Shown piece after piece: positions 1-13,060 of a stretch of 64,000 nucleotides of DNA. The stretch is taken from the NCBI GenBank assembly GCA_964187785.1, contig OZ076416.1:41354001-41418000 (forward strand), written 5' to 3'. This stretch comes from Amphiscolops sp. MND2022 (taxonomy: Eukaryota). The notes under the pieces were generated by a model that saw only the letters and a program-made list of their open reading frames with translations, did not search any database and was not told the DNA's origin. The translations under genes and the position numbers were made by a program. Position 1 is the first letter of the stretch. The number at the start of each line of letters is the position of its first letter.

Positions 1-148
1 CATCAATTTTGGTATATGTTGGGTTAGGAAAAGTTCATATTTATAAAATTAGGAATTGAAATTCTAATTTATGTACTGTGATTTTCAGTGATTTTCAAAG
101 TTTGACTGCAATTTTGGTACGGCTAAAAAAAACTTCCAATCTCTAATT

Positions 149-2965
149 ATGTTATGTTCTACTGAGAACCAACTTACTAAGAAACCTTCTCTCTTTGGGT
201 TAAATATACGATCTTTACGATTTCATATAGACGAGCTTCGAATACATTTGCAAGATAGTGACCCATCTGTAATTTTATTGACTGAAACCTGGCTAACAGA
301 AAATGATCCCTTGAAACAATTCGACCTTGAAGGGTATCAACCAATTGAATCAAAACCACGAAAAACAGGAATACGTGGCGGAGTGGCTTTTTATGCGAAA
401 GAAGATATTGAATATCAGATACTGGAGTATGAAAGCGAGTTGGAATGTTTGGCAGGAACTTTCAAATTCGATGAAGCTAACACGAAAAGTTTTTGCGTTA
501 TATATCGACCCGATGCGGTGCGGTTTGGAAAATTCCTGGAGTTGTTTGAATCATTACTAGAATTTTTGAGCACCTTGAAAAATGACTCTATTATTTTTGG
601 TGATTTCAACGTAGATACTTTGGTTGATGACAGCGAAAACAAACAATACCTAAACTTACTAAGGGCGTATGGTTTCAGCGTGCAGAACAATGAGCCAACA
701 CGTGTTACTTCTACTACAGCGACATGTATAGACCACGTTTCAGCAAAACCTTTCCTAAAAATAAAAACTATGAAGCTCACGATCAGTGACCATTATGGAC
801 TCGAAGCTGAAATTCCTTTTTTTCCGTGTTCAAAGAAATCATTCGATCAATTGATGCCACTTTCAAGGAAAATCAATCACATTAGAAACAATAGTCTAAA
901 TTTTCTTTTCCTGCTAGATCAGAAACTCCGCAAAATTGACGACGATATGGACATTGAACCTTTTGTAGAAAACATTATATACTGCATTCTTGAATGCGTT
1001 GACCGATTTGCCCCTGAAAGAACGATGAAGAGAAAAAAACACGGTTCTTGGATAACTAATCAAATTAAAAATAGCATAAAGAAGCGCGACAATCTCTTTC
1101 AAAATTGGATAAAAAATTCAACAAATGAGAATCATTTAGCTTTCAAAAACGTCCGCAATCAGATACGAAGTATGATAAGAAATGCTAAAAGAGAGCAAAA
1201 CTTCAAAGAATTAGGTGAGAATCCTTCCACTAAGTTAACGTACAAGAAACTGAAAGGGCGCAGCAACTATCAGAACAATACAACGGATATTCTTGATGTC
1301 GAAAACATAAACAAATACTTTTCTGGAGTAGGAAAACTTCTTTCAGATCAATTACCAGATTCCATTTATAGAACTCAAATTGATCAGAACGAATCTTCCA
1401 TGGTTCTTCATGAAGTAGGTATAAACGAAATTAGCTCAATCATCAAAAAGCTCAAAAATAAACGAAGTACTGATCCTGACGGTATCAGCAACGAAATCTT
1501 GAGATGCTGTTCTCCGGTAATCGATGAATACATTTGCAAAATTGTGAATAAATGCATTAGAGCAGAATGCTTTCCCAGGCAACTCAAAATAGCTAAAGTT
1601 GTCCCAATATTAAAAAAAGGTGACAAAACTCAGCCTGAAAATTACAGACCCATCAGCATATTGAGTCCAATAGGCAAAGTGATTGAAAAAATTCTACTGA
1701 AACAAATGAACAGCTTTTTCACAAAAAATAACCTATTCTCGTCTAATCAGTTTGGTTTTCGTAGCAAACGAAGCTGTTCTCATGCTATAGCTGAAGTTAC
1801 AGATTACATCAGAAAAGAAATAGACAAGCGGGGCTCGGGAATTGCATGCTTCATTGATCTAAAGAAAGCTTTCGATACACTAGACCACTCAATTCTTTTG
1901 GAGAAGCTCTACAGATATGGGTTTGAAGGACCGGTACTCAATATAATAAGACACTATTTAACAGAAAGAAAACAATTCGTGCAAGTGAAAGCGAATAAAT
2001 CAAGCCTGCAGTCAATAACGTGCGGAGTTCCACAAGGCTCCGTGCTAGGCCCTTTTCTCTTTCTCATCTATATTAATGACCTCCCCAAGAATTGTCTCCA
2101 GAGTAAAACAACTCTATTCGCTGATGATACAACTGTATATAACCTTGATCGTAATTCATCACATGGAATTACAAGCGATATTCAACGCATTAGAAAGTGG
2201 CTTGTCACTAACTAACTGACCGTTAATGTAGACAAATGCGAAACCGTCGGGTTTGGCCGTGCACAACCCCTCCCTAACGATGCCTTCGATACAGAACTAC
2301 CATTGAAAGGACACTGCAAGTATCTTGGTGTACAAATTGATACAAAACTCAATTTTAAAGACCATATTAACTACGTGACAAAAAAATTGAATAAATTCTG
2401 TGGCCTGATGTATAACATAAGAGAAAGGTTTCCCACCAGATGCTTACTAATGTTTTATAAAACAATGGCAAAACCAATAATAACATATGCTCTGATGGTT
2501 TATGGCGGTACAGCAAAGACTAATCTTGAAATGATTGAAAAAGCTCAGAGAAGAATACTAAGGGCAATTTTTTATAAAAAGCGATGTGATTCTCTACAGA
2601 ATATATATGAAAGACACAATATCCTAACTGTTCATGAACTTTATGTTGTTGAGCTTGTGCGAGAATTGTTCAGGCAGCCTAGAGGCAAGTCGCCGTTCGA
2701 TTTTGTATCCGGTAATTACATTCCGGCCGATGTGAACACTCGGAGAAAGGCAAAAGGTCTTTTAGCAATAACTTACTCCCGAACTATCCTCCAACGGCGT
2801 TCCTTGAAGAACACAATCGTTAGAACATACAATTGGTTACGTACTCTTGACCTAATACCCAATAACTTGAAAACTTTGTCAGAATTGTCAGTTAAAAGTC
2901 TCATTACAAACATTGCTATCAATTTTATCTCAAACAATTCTGAAGTCTTCAGTATCTACTTTTAG
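149..2965 (+). pseudogene. LINE endonuclease-reverse transcriptase ORF2 with one in-frame stop
   Basis: ORFs 149-2215 and 2303-2965 are in the same frame. TAA at 2213-2215 replaces the K of WLxxNKL, and the reading continues LTVNVDKCETVGFG with no frameshift. Confidence 0.9.
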
Positions 2966-3140
2966 ACCTCAGATTCTCAGATCGCCAAATCAAGGATTCT
3001 AAATAGATTTCTTTGAGATGTAAAGTTGGTTCTCAGGGCGAAAACTTAAATGTCGAGCTGAAAAGCTCTTTTTTCGTCCTTTTGACGTTTATTTAGTTGA
3101 CATTTTACTATGTAACTTTATATCGTCAATAAATAAATTA
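149..3140 (+). mobile_element. Non-LTR retrotransposon (LINE, L2/CR1 group) ORF2 plus 3' UTR and tail
   Basis: APE endonuclease motifs (TETWL, GDFN, SDH), RT motifs (GVPQGSVLGP, LFADD) and C-terminal KYLGV. The 3' UTR has a GAGCTGAAAAGCTC hairpin (3055-3068) and an AATAAATAAA tail (~3128-3137). No ORF1 is seen inside the window. Confidence 0.93.
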
Positions 3141-3186
3141 TTATAGGTACTTCAAAGTGCCTAAAGTTGAATTTTATTCAAGTGTG

Positions 3187-4049
3187 TTATACACTTAGCT
3201 TCCTGAAAAACTGAATATGTGCCGAAATTATTATTTCTCTTATGCGTACCTCCAATCTTCTATAACCTCAATAGAGCTAGCACTGAGCAGAAATGATGAC
3301 TCACTGTAGCTTGTTTCTCCACCATCCGACAACGACGCTGAATTTTGCCCATTTTGTTGAAAAATTTGCTTCTGTACCGGTTCGTGAAACAAAACAGAGC
3401 GTTTTCTGGCTGAGTCTACTGTGGTTAATAAAACGAAGGTTGTACAAGATGAGATATAGAAAATGGTGCAAATTGTCAATGCCACAGTTGGTCCAAAGTT
3501 GAAGTTTGTCGACATTTTCCCGTCAGGATGTCGATGTCCAACATCTTGCAAGAACTCCACCGCGCTAACCATTAGACCCAAAAACTCTGAGCCCAAGAAA
3601 GTAACTGTTATGAAAGCTTTGTCGTTGAAACTCCGGGCAAAAACCATGAATAAAATGTACCTTATGGAGTCGAGCCCTGTGAGAATAAATACATTGATCA
3701 GAAGTCCTATGGCTAAGCCATTTTTGAAAAACCGGTTCGGTGGTAGAGTAAGCTGCCATGCGAAAATAGAGAAAACTGTGAAAACGAGTCCCAGAATAAG
3801 ACAAATTCTGCAACCATTTATAACACCCCTTCTAGTGAATAAAGGTACCAAAATAACAGCGGGACTTGAAAATCCCTTAAGAAAAGCAATATAGCATCCA
3901 AGTTTGGCGGGATCAGGGAGAAAGGCCGCAAAGATGGGAGCCTCCGTCATACTCACGATGGTATAAAAGACAATGTTCAACGAAGACCAGAATAACATTG
4001 CAAGAGCGAATCCTTTTGAATCAGTTAGTTTCCGAATGATAGACTCCAT
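3187..4049 (-). CDS. SLC52/riboflavin-transporter-like membrane protein, N-terminal half only (~270 aa)
   Basis: About six hydrophobic segments. By eye, TEAPIFAAFLPDPAKLGCY resembles SLC52A VELPVVVKELPEGWSLPSY, and FLGSEFLGLMVSAVEFLQDVG resembles [21 protein letters not shown]. Predicted 47-nt GT-AG intron 3249-3203 gives ...EDWRKLSV*, followed by AATAAA at 3173-3178 (minus). The unspliced stop is at 3240. Confidence 0.68.
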
Positions 4050-4272
4050 TGCAAAGTTTGATTAACAGATGTTGTGTTCCCTAGTAATTCTCTATATAAA
4101 GGGAGCACAGAAAACTCAACTTTGAAAATTCAACACAGGCAACACACCACATTTTCAGACTTCATATTTACCTGAATTCACAAGTGAAAAATTACGCATT
4201 ATGCCTCTTGAAGCGATAAATTAACTGACTAGTAACTTATTTAAGTTCATACTTAATAAGGCTTCATCAGTC

Positions 4273-6704
4273 TGTCACAGCCCGCTCCCGGTCTGGCTTG
4301 TGGTTGCAGGCGTGTGGGAATCGGAAGAGGGCACGGATGCAACGCAAGATTCCCCAAATGGTACTTCAATTATTAACTTAAACTTTGAAACTCGAAATAA
4401 AATAACCTGTGACAAATAAGACACGACTAGTCAGCGCAAGCCTAAAAATGAAAATGGAAACGGAGAAGCAATTTAAAAATGATTTCATACATTTCCGGCA
4501 AGACGTTTCTATCACGCCAAATTGGACATTTTTCCACCTGAAAATTAAATTAAGATGCGTCTTGAAGAAAGATCATAGGCCAATCTAAATAGAAATACAA
4601 GTACAAATTGTTTCCAGAGAGCACATTAGCCAAATCTAAAATGAAAAGAACACTTTGAAATACATATAAGGAATTTACGCCTTGTCAAAATAAGGCTAGT
4701 TAATTGCGTTTGAACAGCAATTAAAGTGGTTTAGGACGGCAATTCTGCGTAAAACAAACAATTATACCAGCGAGAATAACACTACATGTATATTTGTCGT
4801 CGACAGGTCGCAGACAAGTTTTGAAAGGTATACCAGTTGACGTCACTGCCTCGTCTATGCTTACTAGAAATCATTCCAATTATCCGCCTATATAGAATAT
4901 CATTCTAGGAAATCATTCCAATTAACCGCCATTGTGACGTCACAGCGATGGCAGCTAGCTAACTATTCATTTCTAGAATACTCGTCAGCAATGCGTCAAA
5001 CTTGGCAAATCTTATATTCTGACTAGAAAACTCGTCAACATGACGCTGCCAAGTTTTGAGATTCAGATTTCTGACTAGAAAACTCGTCAACATGACGCTG
5101 CCAAGTTTTGAAAAGAGCGAACAACTGAATTTGACGGGATATTTAAGCTTTTCCGACGAATTAAACCGTTATTTAGCTTAAGGAAATTGCATGAGGTAAT
5201 TTGAACGCTGAAATAAGTATTTTGTCGGTGTTTCCGAATTAAAAGAGTAAATTATTATAATGATCCCTACATGTAATGAGTTTTTCAAACTTGGCGTTGG
5301 TTAGTCGTCATATGCCCAGACTTAAAAAGGGATTTGTATATAGACATTAGTCTAGGGAATTTTCCACGTACATATGTTCTTAATGGTCACAGTTTATTCT
5401 CATGCTAGCCACATACGTGATATATTTTGTAGTAAAAATGTATTTTCATAAAATGTTTGAAATGTTATAGTTGCTCCTTTCATTGATTTTTACCTTCTGC
5501 ATATGGATATTGCGGTGCTCCCATTTTATACTTCAATCTAGGCATTTAGATCGCAATAACAGAAATGTTGCAATATTAATCCATCTGTTGCTACCCAGTT
5601 ATTTATGTTGTGTTGGTGTTGCCATTTAACAAACGTTGCTGTTAATTTTATAAATCTTGTCGCATTTGACGCGGCATGGCAAAGTTGCCACCAAAGTATT
5701 ATTTTCATATCGTAATTTCATTCTCATCTCTATCAAAGGATTGAGTCCAAATTCATAAAATATTGTCCTAGCATCGTTTAAATATCCCTATTTTGCAATT
5801 AGTCATAGAATTTTTATCAAAGCGAAGTTCAAAATCAGGTATTTGTTGTTCACGTCAGCGTCATCTCAGCGTCAATTTCCCGCGAACCAAAGCAGTAAAA
5901 CAGGGAAGCATTTCCGGTTTGACAGACTGAAGTAATATCTACTTCCTGCTTGGGAGGAAGCAAAAGGACGCCGAGATGAAATGACATGATCAAATTTGAT
6001 GACTAATAATAAATGAAGACCATCGTGTCTCAAAAATTGACGAAATGTCGATGCAAAATTGGGAACAAAATGACTTTTTCATCGAAAATACAGGAAATGA
6101 CTAATTGTTCGAGGGAAATTAGGGCTTTGTTCGTGATCAAATGATGCTGGGAGGGTATAAATATGATAGGATTTGATGATTGAGGGACTCAGTCTTTTGT
6201 AATTGTACAATTCAGTTGAATTTTCAATTCTACTCTCGCCTTGTTCTACTTTGTCAAGAAAATCTTTGAAAGAAATTCAATTCTTCAAGATCAAGCTTTT
6301 CTACAAAATGTCAACAACAAGAAGCCAAAAAAGAAAGAACGATCAGCAAAGCACCGGTGAGAATGTAAGTGAAAGCTTGATTTCACCCATAGCAGTAGGA
6401 AATCTTTGTCTTTCAAATCAGGACGATGAGGTAGCGGGGCCTTCTAAACCGAAATCCCCCCGAATTGAGAATAGTCTTCTTGAAAGTTTGAGAGCTTCCT
6501 TAAAGGAAGAAATAACGTCAGAGATCAAAAATCTTCTTATTGAATCCCAGAAGGAAATGTTGAAACTTCTTAAGCCTGAAACAAGAGGGACCATTAGGGA
6601 AAACTCTGAGGAAGAGGTAGAAGAGGAAACTAGGAGTTTCTATACTCCAACAAAATCAGTTAGGATAAGTTCCATTCAAAACGACCCGATGACATGTCGT
6701 AACA
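4273..6704 (+). mobile_element. Solo LTR (family B, 2432 bp)
   Basis: Termini TGTCAC...GTAACA with perfect 5-bp TSD CAGTC (4268-4272 / 6705-6709). TATAAATA at 6156-6163. Same architecture as the LTRs of the full element at 16397-32135. Confidence 0.88.
5018..5112. repeat. ~53-bp tandem duplication inside solo LTR B
   Basis: TTCTGACTAGAAAACTCGTCAACATGACGCTGCCAAGTTTTGA occurs twice in tandem, with a related partial copy near 4970. Confidence 0.8.
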
Positions 6705-6715
6705 CAGTCATTTAA
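6308..6715 (+). CDS. LTR-encoded gag N-terminal segment (132 codons inside the LTR, open), running 11 nt into flank
   Basis: MSTTRSQKRK...CRN, basic N-terminus plus coiled-coil-like segment. The frame reaches the LTR end as AAC-A|, as in LTR A, where it continues into PBS and gag. Confidence 0.6.
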   Translation: MSTTRSQKRKNDQQSTGENVSESLISPIAVGNLCLSNQDDEVAGPSKPKSPRIENSLLESLRASLKEEITSEIKNLLIESQKEMLKLLKPETRGTIRENSEEEVEEETRSFYTPTKSVRISSIQNDPMTCRNTVI

Positions 6716-7883
6716 TCATATATTCTGCATAACGAAAAGTCTAAACGTTACTATTTGTGGTGAGTTTTCACATGTTGAATTTTCCGTGTTGAGTTTTCTT
6801 GAGCTAAATTTTTTGTGAAGTGTTTTTGACATGCGTTCTTTTTTTTGTAATCGTATTTTGATTTCTATTAGAAGTGGAGGTTTTTAGTACCGCATATTCG
6901 GGAAAAAAAACCTCGATTCAACAATACCTTTTTTTCTAAAGTTTGTATTTTTCGAAAAGTTGTGAAAAAGAAACATTTTTGAGATGTTCTGTGAATAATT
7001 GCTTCTAATCGAATCCTTGAAAACTATCCTCCACTAAAACGTGCACTGAATCAGTTTTTCGTCAAATTTAAAAAATCAATTTGACGAACCCAATATGAAG
7101 AAAGAGTCCAACCAGAAACAATAATAAAATGATCTACTATCGTCGAACCGGAAGAATCTGGAATGATCATCTCTATCAACTCTGTTTTTATCATCGTTAT
7201 ACTAACCTATCACTTTGATGGTGCCACTGTTTGAAATACTATACGCTATTTAGAAGAAGTCTTTGATTTTGACCGAATACATTTTGAAACTACATTCCTC
7301 TTTCAACGCTTCTCGGGTCGGCAATTAGGGAGGTCTTAGCCAAACCGGCACGGCTTCTGAAACAAGAGAGTTAGTTTATAGAAGTACCGAATTAGAATAT
7401 CGCCTCAAGATTGTAGACACTACTTATGGGCTATTTGGTACCTCAGGCCACGGTGTAATAGTTCACAAATTGTCCTAACATCCATATGATTCACTGGTAC
7501 ATACACTAACCATTTTATTGCAATTGTAAATACTTCCGTATACATTTGTTATCTCATTTAGGTTTTAAATGCATAGTTATGCAACATTACAAAACTAACG
7601 AGTCGCTTTAAATTTCTGCCAGAGATGATTTCACCTAGAAACGATTCCTCCTATACTTCATACTAATAAGCAACATTTTCCGCTGCCATTTTTATCAGAC
7701 GTTTTCTATCGAAAAACTGTTCTTGGTCGTTGCTTCCGTTCAGCCAAATATGTCACTTGCAATCAATTTCTCTCCTATGCGAACTATTTCCAACTTTTTT
7801 AAATTAAGAAGGAATTCAGTGAAATCCACAAAATGATTCTTTGAGGCAACCAAAAAAACTATCTGAATAATCAAGTTAATTAT

Positions 7884-10800
7884 TATTTTCCGACCATATT
7901 TCATATATGGGAAAAGAAAATATTTAAATCAAACTGGTTTTTTTTCTACAAAATTTGCCAAGCACCAAATTTATAATTAACTTTAAGGGTGTTACCCATA
8001 CAATTCAACTCACGTAAATATAGCTTCGTGCGATATGTATTTGTGGAGATTTCTGGACTTTTTTAGTTGACCCCAGGGACCCCAGAATGGCCCGAAAGTG
8101 ACCCCAAAAACGAGAAAATTTGCAAATTTTAATGCAATTTTTCTCATTTTTTCGATAGATATTGCGGATAAGAATGTGGAAAACGATCAACAAAACTCAA
8201 ATTCGTTATCCAGTAGGCTTCTATGAAGAAATAATTACAGTAATCTGCATGAAAATGTCTCAAAGTGATACCGAAAATGACAAAAAAACAAAATTTCCGG
8301 ATTTCAATCATTTTTATGCAATTTTCATCAAATTTTCGATAAACTTCGTGGATTATGATGTTGAAAATGTTCAACATGGCACAAGTTCGTTGTCCAGCAG
8401 GCTTTTATGAAGAGATAATTGCAGTTTTCTGGATGAAAAATGTCTCAAATTAAGACCAAAAATGACAAAAAACCAAAAAATTCCCGATTTTTACCGTTTT
8501 TATGCAATTTTTATCAAATTTTCGATAGACTTGGTGGTGTAGAATGTTGAAAACGCTCAACATGACACTAATTCGTTCTCCAGTAGGCTTGTCCAAGGAG
8601 ATAATTGCTGTTTTCCAAATGAAAAAAAATCTCAAAGAGACCGAATATGACAAAACCCCCGAATTTTCCATTTTCCATAGTTTTTACACATTTTTTGTCA
8701 TATTTTTAACAGACTTCGTGAATTGGAAAATTTTAAACGGCCAACAAAGAACGGGTTGCTTGTCCAGTAAGTTTTTCCGGAGGGTTTATTGCATTGTTCA
8801 AAATGAAAATGTCTCGAATTCACACCAGAATTGAAAAAAAAACCCAAAAATTTCCAATTTCTAAAGTTTTTATGATTTTTTTTTGAAATTTGACAGACTT
8901 CGTGTATTGGAATCTTCAAAGGGTCAACAAGAAAAACATTGGTTGTCCAGAAAACTTTTATGAGGTAATAAATGCAATTTCTGAATGGAAATGTCTCAAA
9001 TTGACACCGAAATTGACAAACATCTCAAAAGTTTCTCATTTTCAATGGTTTTATGCAATTTTCCCAATTTTTTGACAGACTTTGTCAATTGGAACTTTGA
9101 AAATGGCCAACAAGGAAAGCATGTGTAGTTCAGTATGCTTAGAAAAGAGATAAATGCAGATTTGCAAACGAATACTGTCCGGAAAGGACATCAAAAAGTC
9201 AAAATTTCGATAACTTTCTGATTTGCGCTATTTCTGTTCTATTTTTGTCAAAGTATTGATAGACCTGGTGTACTAGAATGTTAACACGCCTATAGCATGG
9301 GCAAGTTTGTTGTTTTGGTGAGCTTTTGTCCCGATACAAGCTCAATTTGTAAAAGAATAATGCCTCAAATTGACCTCGAATTGTCGAAAAGTTTGAAGCA
9401 TTTCGTTTCTGATGCAATTTCTGTCAATTTTCTGAAAGATTTCGATCCAATTTCCAACACAATCAACTGTAGAACAGGAGAACGACCTATGCATTACCTT
9501 TTTGAAGAGAACGTTGCAGTGTTTAGCTTGAAAAACACTTTTGAAACCCTTCAAATGAGTCGAAAAATTTCAACATCTTTGTTTTTGTGCCACTTGTGTA
9601 CTTTTTGAATAGTTTTGGAGTCAGATGGATGCCACACGTTCAACAAAAACTGAACTGAATGATCCAGTAGGCTTTTAAAGAAGTATTAGTATTGCAGACT
9701 TCGTTTGGAAAATGGCTCATAAATCTGAGCTCATTACCGTCAAAAAGTTTTGACGGTTTCTGATATTTACAATGAAAATTTATTTGAGATTAGGAAATTT
9801 CGGTTTTAAAAAGCTTCGAAAAGCACCAGATGATGAAACTAGGTCCAAAGCACATACGTGTTTCAAAAACGTTGCCTCATCTATGGTCGAAAGTTTCTTC
9901 AGAATGACCCAAGTATTCGAAAAACTGAGAATTTTCAAGTTTTTTTTGCCTTTTTAGGCTGTATTTTGTACAATTTTTGAGCTACTTCCTTGGATTAAAT
10001 GGTTTAAACAACTGAACAAGGACTAATCCGGGTATCTCTAGTAGGCAGTTTTGAAGAGATAACTGCATTTTTGGTGGATTTGTCTCAAAAACACAAAAAT
10101 CCACGAAACAACAAAAAAAGCACGTTGTTTGACAAACGAACCCCAACTTTTGTTCAAACCACGAATGTTCTTGAAGAAAAGAACTTCCATCGACCTGAGC
10201 GTTGAAGCAAAAAGGTATTCAAAATGTAATTGCGGCAAAAGTGGAATAAAGTTCGTCGAGTTTACAACACAGGTGTCAAAGTTTCCGAACGTTCTTTATT
10301 TTCGACAGCATAGTCCCAAATTTGGACTCTTTTCGAAAATATACTTCAATCAGAAATAACATAGGTGCAAGATTGAAATATGTAGCTACCAGTAGTGTTT
10401 CGAAAAGATATCAGATAATCTTATTTGAACAACTTGAAGAAAACTTTACTCGAAAACGTAAATTTCGATCTCAAGGTTTCGACTTAAGGAAAATGTTTCG
10501 AGCTACTTCGTGGGTTAGATTGGCGTAAACATTCAACAACAACTAAACGCGGTGTCCAGAGGCCTACTTTTGAAGGCTTGAAGAGACATCTGTAGATTCA
10601 TGTTAAAAAAGTTCGTCAAAATTAATCCAAAGTTGTCAAAACAAATTTCCAATTTTTGACATTTCCAGGTGAAACAATGTGCAGTTATACAACAAACCGG
10701 AATCGCTCAACTTTTCTAAATTTGCAAAAGACCTGAATTCAAGTTTTTGCCATTTTATCAGTGCCAAAAATTTTCTCAAGAAATACGCCTGAGACTAGGA

Positions 10801-11398
10801 AACCACTTTCTTCCCAACAGGAATCACAATTAATCTATTTTTTGGATTTTTTCCGGTAAAGGTCTATGATGGCGAAGCGAGATTCAGCTCGCAAAACTAC
10901 TTTTCTCAAGCCGAAATTAGCAATGAAAGTAAGGGGGTACTCGTTGACCAAATCAAAGTTTCGGAAAAACGCACGGAGCCGAAAATATTGAAATGAGGTA
11001 ATTTCCATAATCATTAAGAAACCTCGTCAGGTCCATATGATCAAAAGTAACAAAGATGTCACCCTCGAGTCTCGGGGAACATATTTCTTTTACAGACAAC
11101 CTCAAAATTTGAAAATTGCGAAAAATGTTTGTCGAAATTTAATCTCAAAAAAGTATTGAACGTTTTATTTTTTCTCGGTAAGTTGCATAGTGCCAAAAAA
11201 TCGCAAAGTGGCAGCCAGCGCAGAAATAATACTCTATATGTTTCATTGAAAATGGGCTAAGATGAATCAAAGCTTTGTTTTCTTCGAACTTCTTTTCATT
11301 TTTATAGTTCATTGGCTATTCTTGAGCCTCAAACTTACGTAGTTGTAGAACAGTTTGGGGCGGAAAATACCTCGCAGCTCAGTGGGCGTCTGTCTTGT
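7884..11398 (+). mobile_element. Helentron/HINE-like non-autonomous element, family F1 (long copy)
   Basis: 5' TATTTTCCG(A)CC and 3' GGGGCGGAAAATA subterminal inverted repeats, then a GC hairpin and a CTTGT end. Both ends match the copy at 16918-17399. No TSD. Confidence 0.72.
8030..9200. repeat. ~184-bp degenerate tandem array within F1
   Basis: TCCAGTAGG-like motif at 8209, 8393, 8579, 8763, 8946 and 9129 (spacing 183-186), continuing more degenerately to ~11100. Confidence 0.85.
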
Positions 11399-11517
11399 TA
11401 TGTAAGCAGACATTTATGCCGTATGTATGCCAGCTCCTATTGCAGCTAATTAGTCTATTTGCTCAGAACTTAGAAAGTCTGACATCTTTGAATATAATTT
11501 CGCTATTTCAGGGAATT

Positions 11518-12595
11518 TGTCATGCCGGACGGCATTATGGATCTTAACGACGACACTTCCCAGTCGTCAAAGACTTTACTTGCAGTTCAACGCAAACTGG
11601 CAATTCACAAACTATTTTTAACGAAAAGAACTACCGGCCACTCCAGTCGTCATTTTACCTAAACTTTACATGCAGTCCAACATATATTACATGCTTAAAC
11701 AGAGCATCGATTAGTATTCATGAGAATCATTTCCCATTTATCAGCAGTAACCATCGAATCGTTTTTCATTTAGTAGTTGTAACCTCCAATGTATAGTGCG
11801 TCGATCCACACTAACAACCAAACTTTTGGTCATCATCAACAATTAGTGCATTGATTTTTATTATGTAAAAGTTTGGTAGCCATACCCATCACCGTAACTT
11901 TTAATCGTAAAGTAGTCGGAGCTAAAGAGTGAAAAGATTAGTATTGTGATAACAGGTGTGAAAGTGCTGCGATGAAGATTGTTAACGACTGAAGTAACCA
12001 GTCGTCAAACGCACCTTGAAGTGGTAATTGCTGGCTTAACCAGTAAAACAAAATAAGTAGACGCACTCAATTAGGCGTTATCAACGCATGACTGAAGATC
12101 ATGAAGGTGCTAGAATGAAATAGAAATCTACCAGTTGACCATTTGCTACCGTGATATACAGACGTTACTGCCTAAATTCGACATTAAGTTCTTACTTTGC
12201 TTCCTATTTAGTAAAATTACACTTCTACATTCCAAACTTATTTCAATCCATACAAAGTCAAATCTTTTCTTCTAAACAGGTAAATTTTAGATCGCAAGTC
12301 CATAGAGAGAACCGAGTCGAACAGTCAGAAGCAGATAGAATTACTGATGACGATGATAATGTTAGCGTTGCTGACCATTACCAAGGGAGTCTTTTTAACG
12401 AAAATGATGGAGAAACGATGAAATCTATGGAGAGAGATCATGAGGGGCTCAGAATTGAGCAAAGATTCCTAGATATGAACAGACAGATTGGAGAGTTAAC
12501 CAGGATAGTAAAAGCCCTTACTGAGAAAATGTCGAACACTAAGGAAGGGAAAAACCAAGACGTCTTAAATTCAGAGACGTCGACACGTTCAGACA
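11518..12595 (+). mobile_element. Solo LTR (family C, 1078 bp)
   Basis: TGTCA...AGACA termini with 5-bp TSD GAATT (11513-11517 / 12596-12600). A coiled-coil-like ORF reaches the LTR end in phase GAC-A|. Confidence 0.8.
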
Positions 12596-12829
12596 GAATT
12601 ATTCTTTTGAAGAGATGTCCAATCGCATGATATCCGCTTAATTTTTGCTCTTTTTAGGTGTTTTCATCATTTTTGAGGGTTTTTTTCGTAATTTATCAAT
12701 CCAAAAACTAAATTTTATGGTATTATTTTCTTCTTAATTCATTTAATCTATTGTATTCAGTTTAACGACCAGTTCAAGAACTGGACCTTCTCAATAATTT
12801 GCATCGATGATCATCCTCGGCATCGTTGA

Positions 12830-13060
12830 TTTTCATCCATGATGTATGGGTTTCCATTCATGAATCAACCATGAATCATGGATATCTTTCCAAGATCATG
12901 GAATGATTCATGACATGTCGATCCATGAATCATGGATTAATCATGGATGAATATCCATGAAATAGCCATGATTGTTAACCTGGGAAACAATGGATTTTTC
13001 CATGAAAACATGCAATTCCATGCATGGAACCACATGTTTCTACACGATTCCATGAATGTC
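12830..13060. repeat. CATG-rich degenerate low-complexity repeat
   Basis: Dense CCATG/CATGAAT/ATCATGG units. Confidence 0.55.

Noticed and set aside
6203-6307. Track start of the 170-aa ORF
   Set aside because: It uses a TTG start under a bacterial code. The first ATG is at 6308, and many other track starts are likewise non-ATG.
8030-9200. CRISPR-like periodic repeats (also 43663-44340)
   Set aside because: Whole units repeat with no unique spacers, no cas genes are present, and the context is eukaryotic.
8005-10528. Numerous 60-100-aa ORFs in repeat arrays and antisense shadows of pol, Sestrin and the transposase
   Set aside because: They are low-complexity translations of repeats or opposite-strand by-products with no motifs.
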